A DNA stretch of 58,346 bases from a virus (taxonomy: Duplodnaviria; Caudoviricetes), in the IMG/VR virus record IMGVR_UViG_3300025769_000128, positions 1 to 58,346 of that record; one strand, written 5' to 3'. The translations under genes were made by a program, and so were the position numbers. Below are positions 1 to 7,385 of the stretch, in pieces; the stretch's first letter is position 1, and the number at the start of each line of letters is the position of its first letter. The notes under the pieces are model-generated. The model had not been told where the DNA came from. It did no database searches and saw only the letters and a program-made list of their open reading frames with translations.

Positions 1-19
1 AATATATAATATAATAAAC
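1..19 (+). promoter_or_regulatory. Truncated copy of early-cassette motif (ATATAATATAATAAAC half only)
   Basis: Matches the downstream half of the motif at 626, 1472, 2292, 3790 and 5553; upstream half lies outside the window. Confidence 0.55.
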
Positions 20-48
20 AATTAAATAACCAATTTAAATTAATTATC

Positions 49-294
49 ATGAAAAAAGTAAATTCAATTACTACAAAGCGATTTGTAATTCGTAAGTCAT
101 TAGTAGGAAGTAACACAGTGATTACTTTCACTAACAAAAAAGGTGTTAAGTACACTTACAATCACGATGAAGTGTATAAAGCCAACAAAGAAAGATTTGA
201 AGCAATGCCATGTTTTGAGAAGTATAAGAATTATACCAACTCAAATGCAGTACCAGCATTCGCTCGCAACCTTGACTCAGTGATAATTGAGTAA
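49..294 (+). CDS. Hypothetical phage early protein (81 aa)
   Basis: ATG ORF after an A/T-rich leader, followed by a terminator. Confidence 0.8.
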   Translation: MKKVNSITTKRFVIRKSLVGSNTVITFTNKKGVKYTYNHDEVYKANKERFEAMPCFEKYKNYTNSNAVPAFARNLDSVIIE

Positions 295-302
295 GTTGGT
301 TG

Positions 303-336
303 AAGAGGGTCGCCAAATGGTGATCCTCTTTTTTTT
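303..336 (+). terminator. Rho-independent terminator
   Basis: Stem GAGGGTCGCCA/TGGTGATCCTC followed by a T-run. Confidence 0.85.
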
Positions 337-372
337 ACTAAAATGCTATACATGGTATTCACTGTCAAAAAG

Positions 373-420
373 TGTGACATTTGCCCCTTACTAGGTTTAC
401 CTTAATAGCCTAATGTCACA
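373..420. promoter_or_regulatory. 48-bp inverted-repeat element, copy 1
   Basis: TGTGACATTTGCCCCT...AATAGCCTAATGTCACA; same length and arms as 7338-7385. Confidence 0.75.
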
Positions 421-515
421 GTTTCAGCGACAAACTTTCTTCTTAAAAGAAGAGAGATATAGTATAACACCACCCTATATTAACTAATCTAACTAACTAT
501 TAAACACCTCAAGCT

Positions 516-635
516 ATGTCTAAAAAACAAGATAGAAAGCAAATTAAAGAAGAAATACTCACGTCTATGTTCGCTATTGGAGCGTTACTCATTGGTTATG
601 GTATTTTGCAAGCATTCGTATACCTTACAAATTAA
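516..635 (+). CDS. Small single-TM membrane protein (39 aa)
   Basis: Hand translation MSKKQDRKQIKEEILTSMFAIGALLIGYGILQAFVYLTN; below ORF-track cutoff. Confidence 0.6.
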   Translation: MSKKQDRKQIKEEILTSMFAIGALLIGYGILQAFVYLTN

Positions 636-665
636 TTACGATGCTTCATATATAATATAATAAAC
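626..665 (+). promoter_or_regulatory. Early-cassette motif (putative phage promoter)
   Basis: TACAAATTAATTACGAT-GCTTCAT-ATATAATA, just upstream of ORF 683. Confidence 0.75.
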
Positions 666-682
666 ATTTAAACCAACTTATT

Positions 683-868
683 ATGCGAAAAATATCTTTC
701 TCTCGCCGCGACTCATTTAAAAAAGTAATCACCATAAATGGTCGCAAGTTCAAGCACTTCAGTTTGCTTAACATACCAAACAACTTCGGATGCCAATCTA
801 CTTCAAATGGTAAAGAAGGTATTTCAGAGTACATTAACTACAAAGGTTTAACTTATTACGCAGAGTAA
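683..868 (+). CDS. Hypothetical protein (61 aa)
   Basis: ATG ORF directly after the motif. Confidence 0.7.
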   Translation: MRKISFSRRDSFKKVITINGRKFKHFSLLNIPNNFGCQSTSNGKEGISEYINYKGLTYYAE

Positions 869-870
869 TT

Positions 871-1050
871 ATGGAAGATCTAAGAAACATGTTAACTATT
901 ATTTCTAGTGGCCGTCGCTATGACGAGTTGACTGAATATGGCCAAGAGTATATAAGATCAAAAGCTAATTACTTATGCAATAAGTTTGATGGGCAAATAG
1001 CCGACACTCATCATGTAATCACTTATGCAAAATTCAAAGGATGGCTATAA
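871..1050 (+). CDS. Hypothetical protein (59 aa)
   Basis: Hand translation MEDLRNMLTIISSGRRY...KFKGWL; fills the gap between neighbours. Confidence 0.6.
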   Translation: MEDLRNMLTIISSGRRYDELTEYGQEYIRSKANYLCNKFDGQIADTHHVITYAKFKGWL

Positions 1051-1066
1051 CTAAAAATAAATTATT

Positions 1067-1273
1067 ATGAGTAGAGTAAAGTTCAATGGTTTTGAAAACC
1101 ACATAATTAAACAAGCGTTAAATGGTTTTTCAAGCCAAATGGAAGCTGAAATAGAGCAAGCAGAAGCAGATGGTAACAGATCTATATATGCACCTGGTTT
1201 CTTTAATATGATCTGCAAAGATTTAATTGATAAAGTAGATGATATGACACTTAAAAAAGATAGAGGATTATGA
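1067..1273 (+). CDS. Hypothetical protein (68 aa)
   Basis: ORF in operon, ATGA overlap with next gene. Confidence 0.75.
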   Translation: MSRVKFNGFENHIIKQALNGFSSQMEAEIEQAEADGNRSIYAPGFFNMICKDLIDKVDDMTLKKDRGL

Positions 1274-1494
1274 ATTATCATTGGAACAAAGACACTATTA
1301 TGTACTTCGTACAATTATCAAGAGAAACTAACATGCAAGAGTTCTCATACAAAGTCATGGACTTCATTGAGCGTGATTGCAGTACTGAAGAAGATGAAAC
1401 ATTCCAAGATCTCTATGACGACCTTATGGATGTAATCTTAAAAGAAATAACCATTGACCGTGCTAAAGAAATACAAAACAAATACGATAAGTAA
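1270..1494 (+). CDS. Hypothetical acidic protein (74 aa)
   Basis: ORF coupled to previous gene. Confidence 0.75.
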   Translation: MNYHWNKDTIMYFVQLSRETNMQEFSYKVMDFIERDCSTEEDETFQDLYDDLMDVILKEITIDRAKEIQNKYDK

Positions 1495-1510
1495 AATATA
1501 ATATAATAAA
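1472..1510 (+). promoter_or_regulatory. Early-cassette motif (putative phage promoter)
   Basis: TACAAAACAAATACGAT-AAGTAAA-ATATAATA upstream of ORF 1522. Confidence 0.75.
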
Positions 1511-1521
1511 ATAAACACATC

Positions 1522-1785
1522 ATGAAAACAGAAAATGCAATCAAAGCACTTATTAAAGCGCGTAACGAAAAGTACAATAGTAAGACACTTCACATCAAAG
1601 TATCTGAAGAGCGTAGTTGGTCAAACAAAAAAGTATTAACTATCACTGGTCACGAGGTAGCAGTATACTTCTCTGCTATGGCTAATTTCTTATGCCCAAT
1701 GATCGCAACTTATGTTGAAGTTATTGATAATACAACTTATATTGAAGTTATTGATAATACAACAGTAAAAATTGAGCTTAACTAA
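1522..1785 (+). CDS. Hypothetical protein containing a 27-bp tandem duplication
   Basis: ORF; TYVEVIDNT/TYIEVIDNT repeat. Confidence 0.7.
   Translation: MKTENAIKALIKARNEKYNSKTLHIKVSEERSWSNKKVLTITGHEVAVYFSAMANFLCPMIATYVEVIDNTTYIEVIDNTTVKIELN
1706..1759. repeat. 27-bp tandem duplication (one mismatch), in frame
   Basis: caacttatRttgaagttattgataata x2. Confidence 0.9.
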
Positions 1786-1786
1786 T

Positions 1787-2014
1787 ATGACACCACAAGA
1801 AGAACTAGAGCAGCGTTTAAAGAACCACAAATGGTGGGCATTCATGAGTGATGATCCTTCTGTTGATAAAAAAGCACAAGAAGATTATATGGAGATCATT
1901 AAGCTAATGCGTGATTTCCCTAATCGTGAAGAGGCTTTTGAGTTATACAAAAAGCACTGCCCTGAAGAATTATTTCTTGATGGCTCTTTAGTACGTAAAT
2001 CTATTGGACTATGA
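1787..2014 (+). CDS. Hypothetical protein (75 aa)
   Basis: ATG at 1787 preferred to the TTG at 1772. Confidence 0.7.
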   Translation: MTPQEELEQRLKNHKWWAFMSDDPSVDKKAQEDYMEIIKLMRDFPNREEAFELYKKHCPEELFLDGSLVRKSIGL

Positions 2015-2169
2015 CACTAATCACAATTTATAAAATAGCAGACGAGATAGTTATCAAGCATGGTATCTATGTAAGTAAGTCAAAAGACTATTTATCTCTG
2101 CCACCACAATACCAAAAGCAAGTTCGTGAGCGTGTATACAAGCAGCTTACTAATGCTTATATTGGCTAA
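2011..2169 (+). CDS. Hypothetical protein (52 aa)
   Basis: ATGA-coupled small ORF MTLITIYKIADEIVIKHG... Confidence 0.55.
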   Translation: MTLITIYKIADEIVIKHGIYVSKSKDYLSLPPQYQKQVRERVYKQLTNAYIG

Positions 2170-2182
2170 TGCTATACACATG
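2166..2182 (+). promoter_or_regulatory. CTAATGCTATACACATG intergenic motif
   Basis: 17-bp exact match to 6245-6261; spans a stop codon and the next start codon. Confidence 0.6.
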
Positions 2183-2293
2183 CGAGAAAGATTACTACAA
2201 TTATTTCACTATATTATTGTGGCACCAACAATAACAGCAATAGTATTTTTCATATGCTGGTTGTTCGCTAAGCTATATTTTCTTATAGTGTAA
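2180..2293 (+). CDS. Small hydrophobic membrane protein (37 aa)
   Basis: Hand translation MRERLLQLFHYIIVAPTITAIVFFICWLFAKLYFLIV. Confidence 0.55.
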   Translation: MRERLLQLFHYIIVAPTITAIVFFICWLFAKLYFLIV

Positions 2294-2327
2294 CAAATTA
2301 AATACGATCACTTATATATAATATAAA
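2292..2327 (+). promoter_or_regulatory. Early-cassette motif (putative phage promoter)
   Basis: AACAAATTAAATACGAT-CACTTAT-ATATAATA immediately before ATG 2329. Confidence 0.75.
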
Positions 2328-2328
2328 T

Positions 2329-2727
2329 ATGAATAATCAAATCTTAAACAAAGAAACAAGTGTGGCTATGCTTAAAGCATTTGGCTGTACAGAAATATCT
2401 ACTCCACAACAAAAAGCTAATGGCACAGATGTGTGGGAGTTACCAAGACATACTATTATCAAGTATAATGGTAAAGCAAAACCTGGTTGGAAACCTCGCT
2501 TTGCGCTGTATAATAGTGGTTATGTAAGAGTACTACATAGTCATCATAGTAAGCAGTGCTATCAAATCAACCCTACTTATGATCAAAAGTTTTTTTTCAT
2601 TGATAGTCAACTCAATGTGCGTGAGTCTACAAGTAAAATGCGTATGCTTATCTACGGTGATGCCGCGCGATACCAATACCTAGTACAATACATCTTTAAA
2701 AATTACAAAAAATACCTTGAACTATGA
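2329..2727 (+). CDS. Hypothetical protein (132 aa)
   Basis: Long ATG ORF after the motif. Confidence 0.8.
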   Translation: MNNQILNKETSVAMLKAFGCTEISTPQQKANGTDVWELPRHTIIKYNGKAKPGWKPRFALYNSGYVRVLHSHHSKQCYQINPTYDQKFFFIDSQLNVRESTSKMRMLIYGDAARYQYLVQYIFKNYKKYLEL

Positions 2728-3038
2728 AAAGTTTAATTGACCTATCACCAATCTTTAATTTCCTTAAAAAGAAAGACGAAGAACAAAAAGAACCAACATT
2801 CACATTGTCTGAAGTAATGGCCATATTGGAAGAAGCTCTTGTGAGATCTGAAGAAGATACTGGAGATATTAACTGGGACGATATAGAATATGATGTAGAT
2901 ATTGATTGGCATAAAAGAATTTGCATTAATAATGTAGATGTTTCAAGTCAACTTGAAGAAGTTTTTAACTCTGTAAATGACTGCTTTGAAAAACTTATTA
3001 CCGACTATGTTGAAATGCAAAAAGAAAATAATAGTTAA
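2724..3038 (+). CDS. Hypothetical acidic protein (104 aa)
   Basis: ATGA-coupled ORF. Confidence 0.8.
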   Translation: MKSLIDLSPIFNFLKKKDEEQKEPTFTLSEVMAILEEALVRSEEDTGDINWDDIEYDVDIDWHKRICINNVDVSSQLEEVFNSVNDCFEKLITDYVEMQKENNS

Positions 3039-3040
3039 TT

Positions 3041-3289
3041 ATGTCAGGATACGAAGTTATTAAAGGGAAAAATAAGTATGATCACTATGAAGTTCACATA
3101 CCTATAGAAGAAGTTGGTATTGTATATGGTTCATACGAAGTATGGGATAGGGACTCTGGTGGTTATGTGTTTTACGAAGAAGGCTCGTTGATCTTTGAAG
3201 ACGGCGAGTTGATCGACTATGATGGCATTGCCGAACTACCTGAGTCTATTATTAATGAAATAGCAAAAATTAGAAAAGTAAGTTTATGA
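3041..3289 (+). CDS. Hypothetical acidic protein (82 aa)
   Basis: ORF in operon. Confidence 0.75.
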   Translation: MSGYEVIKGKNKYDHYEVHIPIEEVGIVYGSYEVWDRDSGGYVFYEEGSLIFEDGELIDYDGIAELPESIINEIAKIRKVSL

Positions 3290-3789
3290 GAGCTTTAGCA
3301 GAAGAACTATACGAGCGTACTAAAGATATGATCAGTGATATTGCTTTCCATGTTATGGATGATCACCATATATCTCATAGCAAAGATCAAGTACTAGCTA
3401 GTATACTAAATGAGTATTATACACTATGGGATAAACCAGTTAAGCTTGAGTACAATCTTAATAATGCAAAAGAGCTGATCTCGCGCGTCGAAATAGATAA
3501 TGCCAATACATTACATAATAAAAAGTTATCAGACAAATCTAGGCTGTCTATTATTGTTCTATATCGCAGTACGTTAGCATATATATTCTATAAGCACTGG
3601 AACATGTCACAAACTCGTATTGGCAATCTATTTAATAGGGACAGAAGTACAGTAGCATATATGGTTTCAGCAACAGCAAATAACATATGGTATTATAATA
3701 AGCAAGATTGTTTTGAGCGTAGAGTTATTGAATACCTATTTGAAGAAGCTGGACTTGACTCACCATTCGATCCTATAAAGGTCAATTAA
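3286..3789 (+). CDS. Protein with DnaA domain-IV-like helix-turn-helix
   Basis: R..LAY...MSQTRIGNLFNRDRSTVAY resembles the DnaA C-terminal signature S..IG..F.RDH(S/T)TV. Confidence 0.65.
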   Translation: MRALAEELYERTKDMISDIAFHVMDDHHISHSKDQVLASILNEYYTLWDKPVKLEYNLNNAKELISRVEIDNANTLHNKKLSDKSRLSIIVLYRSTLAYIFYKHWNMSQTRIGNLFNRDRSTVAYMVSATANNIWYYNKQDCFERRVIEYLFEEAGLDSPFDPIKVN

Positions 3790-3829
3790 TACAAAACGAA
3801 TACGATTAGTTATATATAATATAATAAAC
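3790..3829 (+). promoter_or_regulatory. Early-cassette motif (putative phage promoter)
   Basis: TACAAAACGAATACGAT-TAGTTAT-ATATAATA upstream of ORF 3839. Confidence 0.75.
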
Positions 3830-3838
3830 AATAAACAC

Positions 3839-4045
3839 ATGATAGTATTTGTATATCCATCTAAAAAAGTAATGAAAGAAAATGTTGGCAAACCACTTCG
3901 TTATATTGAGACAAGTATGTTTGGCGAAGAATATGTATCTGACGGAAAACTAGTTGGTGCTAATCGACCACACATTACTGGTATTGGCAGAGAGTTCTTT
4001 GCTGAAATAGAAATGGAAAATGGTTTAATCAAAAAAGTTTCTTAA
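3839..4045 (+). CDS. Hypothetical protein (68 aa)
   Basis: ATG ORF after motif, ATAAACAC leader. Confidence 0.8.
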   Translation: MIVFVYPSKKVMKENVGKPLRYIETSMFGEEYVSDGKLVGANRPHITGIGREFFAEIEMENGLIKKVS

Positions 4046-4046
4046 A

Positions 4047-4631
4047 ATGAAAACAAAACCACTTAGTAAATACAAGTTGAATAAAATTGAGCTTGGTTTA
4101 GAGCATTGGTTCAGTAAAGCATCTGAACAAGATATTATACAAGGTAAAAAATGGTATAAGTCAGCCAATGAATTAACTACGTCAATAGCTAATAAGTATA
4201 GATACAACAATGAAATAGTTGCATCTGTTATTAGTGCTTTATCTCCTCGTAATAAGTGGCAGCGTAATATTACCGATGCTATACACGTTTTAGATGCGGT
4301 ACAGCGCGATGTACACCATGATCATGTCAAGGTTTGTACATTTAATAATAACAAGTTAAAAGCTTTTGACATTGCAAAAGGTATAAAGTTCATTGATGAA
4401 TCTTCAAGAAAAACATTTTCATTTGTCAAGAATATTGCAAGATTAGATCCAGACTATGTAACAATAGATGTTTGGCATCTTCGTGCTTGTAGTACATTCA
4501 CAAGTGTTCCTAATTATCCAAACAAAACACAGTACGATCAAATAAGTAAACTAACAAAAAGTTTAGCTAAAAAACATAATCTAAAAGGCTATGAGTATCA
4601 AGCCATAATTTGGTGCTCGATAAGAAAATAA
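4047..4631 (+). CDS. DUF7178-like protein, possible HhH-glycosylase-related fold
   Basis: Motifs G..WY, ALSPRNKW..N, K..SF..NI, VTIDVWH.RA, QAIIW. Confidence 0.55.
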   Translation: MKTKPLSKYKLNKIELGLEHWFSKASEQDIIQGKKWYKSANELTTSIANKYRYNNEIVASVISALSPRNKWQRNITDAIHVLDAVQRDVHHDHVKVCTFNNNKLKAFDIAKGIKFIDESSRKTFSFVKNIARLDPDYVTIDVWHLRACSTFTSVPNYPNKTQYDQISKLTKSLAKKHNLKGYEYQAIIWCSIRK

Positions 4632-4638
4632 TAAACAC

Positions 4639-4867
4639 ATGGTAAAAGTAACAAACAGTAATTACGATTCTTCTTGGATACAAAAAGCTTCGTACAACCA
4701 CTCAGACAAAACACTATTTGTAATACTTAAAAGCGGATCTTCATATCTGTTTAGTGATATATCTAAAACAGACTTTGATTACTGATTACTTCAATGATAG
4801 TAACTCTCAAGGATCTGCATTTAATAAATTGATCAAGAATAATTATACATTCAAAAAAATTCATTAA
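4639..4867 (+). pseudogene. KTSC-domain protein interrupted by a 7-bp duplication
   Basis: Removing one TGATTAC (4776-4789) restores SSWIQKASYNHSDKTLFVILKSGSSYLFSDISKTDFDYFNDSNSQGSAFNKLIK, a KTSC-like pattern. Confidence 0.7.
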
Positions 4868-4875
4868 TTTTGTAT

Positions 4876-4949
4876 GGTCCTTTAGCTCAATTGGTTAGAG
4901 CAACTGACTCATAATCAGTAGGTTGTAGGTTCAAGTCCTGCATGGACCA
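4876..4949 (+). tRNA. tRNA with CAT anticodon (Ile2/lysidine type likely, Met possible)
   Basis: Cloverleaf with TAGCTCAATTGGTTAGAGC D-arm, ACTGA-CTCATAA-TCAGT anticodon arm, GGTTCAAGTCC T-arm; resembles ileX-type tRNAs; no encoded CCA. Confidence 0.9.
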
Positions 4950-4953
4950 CTAT

Positions 4954-5027
4954 GCGCCCATAGCTCAACTGGATAGAGCAACAGCCTTCTAAGCTGTAGG
5001 CTACAGGTTCGACTCCTGTTGGGCGTA
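4954..5027 (+). tRNA. tRNA-Arg(TCT)
   Basis: Acceptor GCGCCCA/TGGGCGT, anticodon arm ACAGC-CTTCTAA-GCTGT, GGTTCGACTCC T-arm. Confidence 0.92.
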
Positions 5028-5040
5028 CTAAATATATAAT

Positions 5041-5361
5041 ATGAAAGTAAATAAGGAAAGTTATAAGCTTATAAATGAAGCTGTTAACCACGAAGTTTCA
5101 ATTAAGATTATTAATATAGTTAATAAATTTATAGATAGTATAGAAAGTATTGAAGATGGTGGTAGGTATTTAAAGTTAATAAATATGGCTCCAACCATTA
5201 AAGCATTTAACTATAATAAAGATGGTACTTTAAACAGAGAAGACTTTGAGCAGTTCATATATGATCTAATATATGTTAACTACGGAGAGGATATGTTTAA
5301 ACAAGAAATAAATAAATTATCACAATGCGCGAAAAACATTACTTCGGAAAAGAAGGATTGA
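5041..5361 (+). CDS. Hypothetical protein (106 aa)
   Basis: ATG ORF after the tRNAs. Confidence 0.7.
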   Translation: MKVNKESYKLINEAVNHEVSIKIINIVNKFIDSIESIEDGGRYLKLINMAPTIKAFNYNKDGTLNREDFEQFIYDLIYVNYGEDMFKQEINKLSQCAKNITSEKKD

Positions 5362-5412
5362 TATTATTGAATATGATTATTGATTTACACCAAACAGTAG
5401 ATACAATACCAA

Positions 5413-5622
5413 ATGACCAAGAGCTTGGTCGAACAATTAGAAAAATATTTAAAGAGTTTGATGAGTACAGAGAACAAATGTCAAGTATGTAATAGTTATA
5501 TACCGTCAGGTCTTCGTCATCAATTTATATGTGACAATTGCCTTGTAAATAATACAAAACAAATACGATTAGCAAGATATAATAATATAAACAATAAACA
5601 CAATGGCAGAAACAAAGTGTAA
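5413..5622 (+). CDS. Small CxxC...CxxC zinc-ribbon protein (start uncertain)
   Basis: CQVC...CDNC; 3' part runs through the promoter motif. Confidence 0.45.
   Translation: MTKSLVEQLEKYLKSLMSTENKCQVCNSYIPSGLRHQFICDNCLVNNTKQIRLARYNNINNKHNGRNKV
5553..5592 (+). promoter_or_regulatory. Early-cassette motif (putative phage promoter)
   Basis: TACAAAACAAATACGAT-TAGCAAG-ATATAATA upstream of ORF 5603. Confidence 0.75.
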
Positions 5623-5850
5623 CGGTTGGACAAATTATGCCACATGGCGTATCAACTTAGAAATCATCGAAGACATCGAGTTTGAAACACATCAAACAGC
5701 TGAAGATATTAAAGAGATTGTTGAATCAGTTGTTCTCGATCAATTACCAAAAGAGTGTTGGTTAGCTTATGACTATGCAGGGCATTTATCGATCAAGTTA
5801 ACTTTTATGAAATTGCAGAATACGTTAATGAAAATCAAATTTTAGTATGA
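5603..5850 (+). CDS. Phage protein (NGWTNYATW family), probable 1-bp frameshift near 5780
   Basis: Alternative frame gives AFIDQVNFYEIAEYVNENQILV and a stop overlapping the next ATG (ATGA 5847-5850). Confidence 0.6.
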
Positions 5851-6248
5851 CAGACAAGGAATTACGCAAGTTAGCAAAGTATATAGTTGAAGAGCTTACA
5901 ATGCCTAATGAAGATGGTGTTGATCAAATTGGTTATCATCTTACTTTCTTTACCGATGATCAGATGGAAGAGTATGAAAATCTATTGATTAAAAATCAAA
6001 TTGAGCAGTTACAAAGATTGTTAGATGCTACAATAATATCTGATGAAGATGGTATTGATCAAATTGGTTATCATCTTACTTTCTTTACCGATGATCAGAT
6101 GGAAGAGTATGAAAATCTATTGATTAAAAATCAAATTGAGCAGTTACAAAGATTGTTAGATGCTACAATAATATCTGAAGACTATGAAGCAGCGGCTGTT
6201 ATATTAAAGAAAATAAAAGATATTGAGAAACAAATCAAAGACAACTAA
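5847..6248 (+). CDS. Protein with UVR-like C-terminal helical motif and a 135-bp duplication
   Basis: EDYEAAAVILKKI resembles the UvrB/C coiled coil; 45-aa repeat. Confidence 0.65.
   Translation: MTDKELRKLAKYIVEELTMPNEDGVDQIGYHLTFFTDDQMEEYENLLIKNQIEQLQRLLDATIISDEDGIDQIGYHLTFFTDDQMEEYENLLIKNQIEQLQRLLDATIISEDYEAAAVILKKIKDIEKQIKDN
5908..6177. repeat. 135-bp tandem duplication (one mismatch), in frame
   Basis: Units 5908-6042 and 6043-6177. Confidence 0.92.
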
Positions 6249-6261
6249 TGCTATACACATG
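6245..6261 (+). promoter_or_regulatory. CTAATGCTATACACATG intergenic motif
   Basis: Exact match to 2166-2182. Confidence 0.6.
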
Positions 6262-6777
6262 AACATATTTTACCTCCACAGAAATCCATTTAAAGCCGCT
6301 AAATACCAATATAATAAGCATGTTGTTAAAATGGTTTTAGAGTCAGCTCAAATGCTTTGTACCGCACATCATCATTACGGTAATGGCGATAATGTACCTT
6401 ACAAAAAAGCACATTATAATCACCCATCAACTATTTGGGTTAGAGAAAGTAACGAGCATTATGAATGGTTATACTACCACATGCTTGCATTAGGTGCTGA
6501 GTATAAAAAAAGATATAGTAAAACTCATTTAGTTATAGAAAAATGTTTACAACCATTGCTTAATAGACCACCAGGTATACCAAAAGTTAGTTTCAAACAA
6601 CCACCACAATGTATGCCAGATGAATATAAAGCAAATAGTAGTATTGATGCTTATTGGAACTATTATATCGGTGAAAAACACACCGTAGCACATGAATCAG
6701 AAACTATTTATACTAAAAAACCATATATCAATGAAGAAGTTATTAATCCTAGCTCTATTGCTGCCGCTGTACTCTAA
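6259..6777 (+). CDS. Pyrimidine-dimer DNA glycosylase / endonuclease V-like protein
   Basis: MNIFYL..., KHVVKMVLESAQML, HYNHPSTIWVR, EY..RY.K.H, PPQCMPDEYK; ATG at 6259. Confidence 0.75.
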   Translation: MNIFYLHRNPFKAAKYQYNKHVVKMVLESAQMLCTAHHHYGNGDNVPYKKAHYNHPSTIWVRESNEHYEWLYYHMLALGAEYKKRYSKTHLVIEKCLQPLLNRPPGIPKVSFKQPPQCMPDEYKANSSIDAYWNYYIGEKHTVAHESETIYTKKPYINEEVINPSSIAAAVL

Positions 6778-6979
6778 TGCACAGGATCGTGCTGATTGGG
6801 CGTATGTAACACCAAACAAGGACACGTTGTTCTTGGAACAAGATGATCCAAACGCTAATCTAAACTTTACAATATGGAAGTCAGATACCACGTGGCAAGG
6901 TTGGAATCCAGTTATTGTACGCGCTCCACGGGAATATATTGCTTATCGCAGACGAACCAATGTAATTGAATTGAAATGA
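6731..6979 (+). CDS. Exported protein with signal peptide
   Basis: MKKLLILALLLPLYSNA-Q; Gln at +1 is typical of Bacteroidota secreted proteins. Confidence 0.7.
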   Translation: MKKLLILALLLPLYSNAQDRADWAYVTPNKDTLFLEQDDPNANLNFTIWKSDTTWQGWNPVIVRAPREYIAYRRRTNVIELK

Positions 6980-7143
6980 AATATGACATTGATCAATGGT
7001 CAACGTGGGCACATATTATTGCCGATGTTGAACTAATGGTTGTTAAAGACAGCCATGGTAAATCAAAAATTGAACTGTTGCAATTATTTTCGCAATATCT
7101 AAATCAGATTATTGATGAAAACAAAGAAACAGCAGAAGCGTGA
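6976..7143 (+). CDS. Hypothetical protein (55 aa); further short ORFs follow to about 7356
   Basis: ATGA-coupled ORF MKYDIDQWSTWAHIIADVE... Confidence 0.5.
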   Translation: MKYDIDQWSTWAHIIADVELMVVKDSHGKSKIELLQLFSQYLNQIIDENKETAEA

Positions 7144-7337
7144 GTATCACGATGAAGATGTTAAAATTAAAAAGCGTTATAAACGCATATCTAAACAAAA
7201 AATAAATAGATATTACGATGAGCATGATGAGTGATTTGTATATCAAATTAATGGAAGAACATTATCATAATTTATCTGAAGAAGAAAAAAATTATTTAAA
7301 AACAACAAACCTCGATCAAATATACTGGGATCAAAAC

Positions 7338-7385
7338 TGTGACAATAGCCCCTAATATATCTTATAATAACAGCCTAATGTCACA
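7338..7385. promoter_or_regulatory. 48-bp inverted-repeat element, copy 2, overlapping the HTH gene start
   Basis: TGTGACAATAGCCCCT...AACAGCCTAATGTCACA; ATG at 7378 lies inside the right arm. Confidence 0.75.

Noticed and set aside
4521-4540. AACAAAACACAGTACGAT resembles the early motif
   Set aside because: Spacing is off by one, no ATATAATA follows, and it is inside a gene
4876-5027. tRNAs as a prophage attachment site
   Set aside because: No integrase, duplicated tRNA 3' end or host genes in the window
5530-5542. TGTGACAATTGCC resembles a half-site of the 48-bp element
   Set aside because: No partner arm, and it is explained by the codons for CDNC
626-5592. Early repeats as a CRISPR array or integron attC sites
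   Set aside because: Spacing is 0.8-1.8 kb with whole genes between copies, repeats are non-palindromic, and there is no cas or integrase gene
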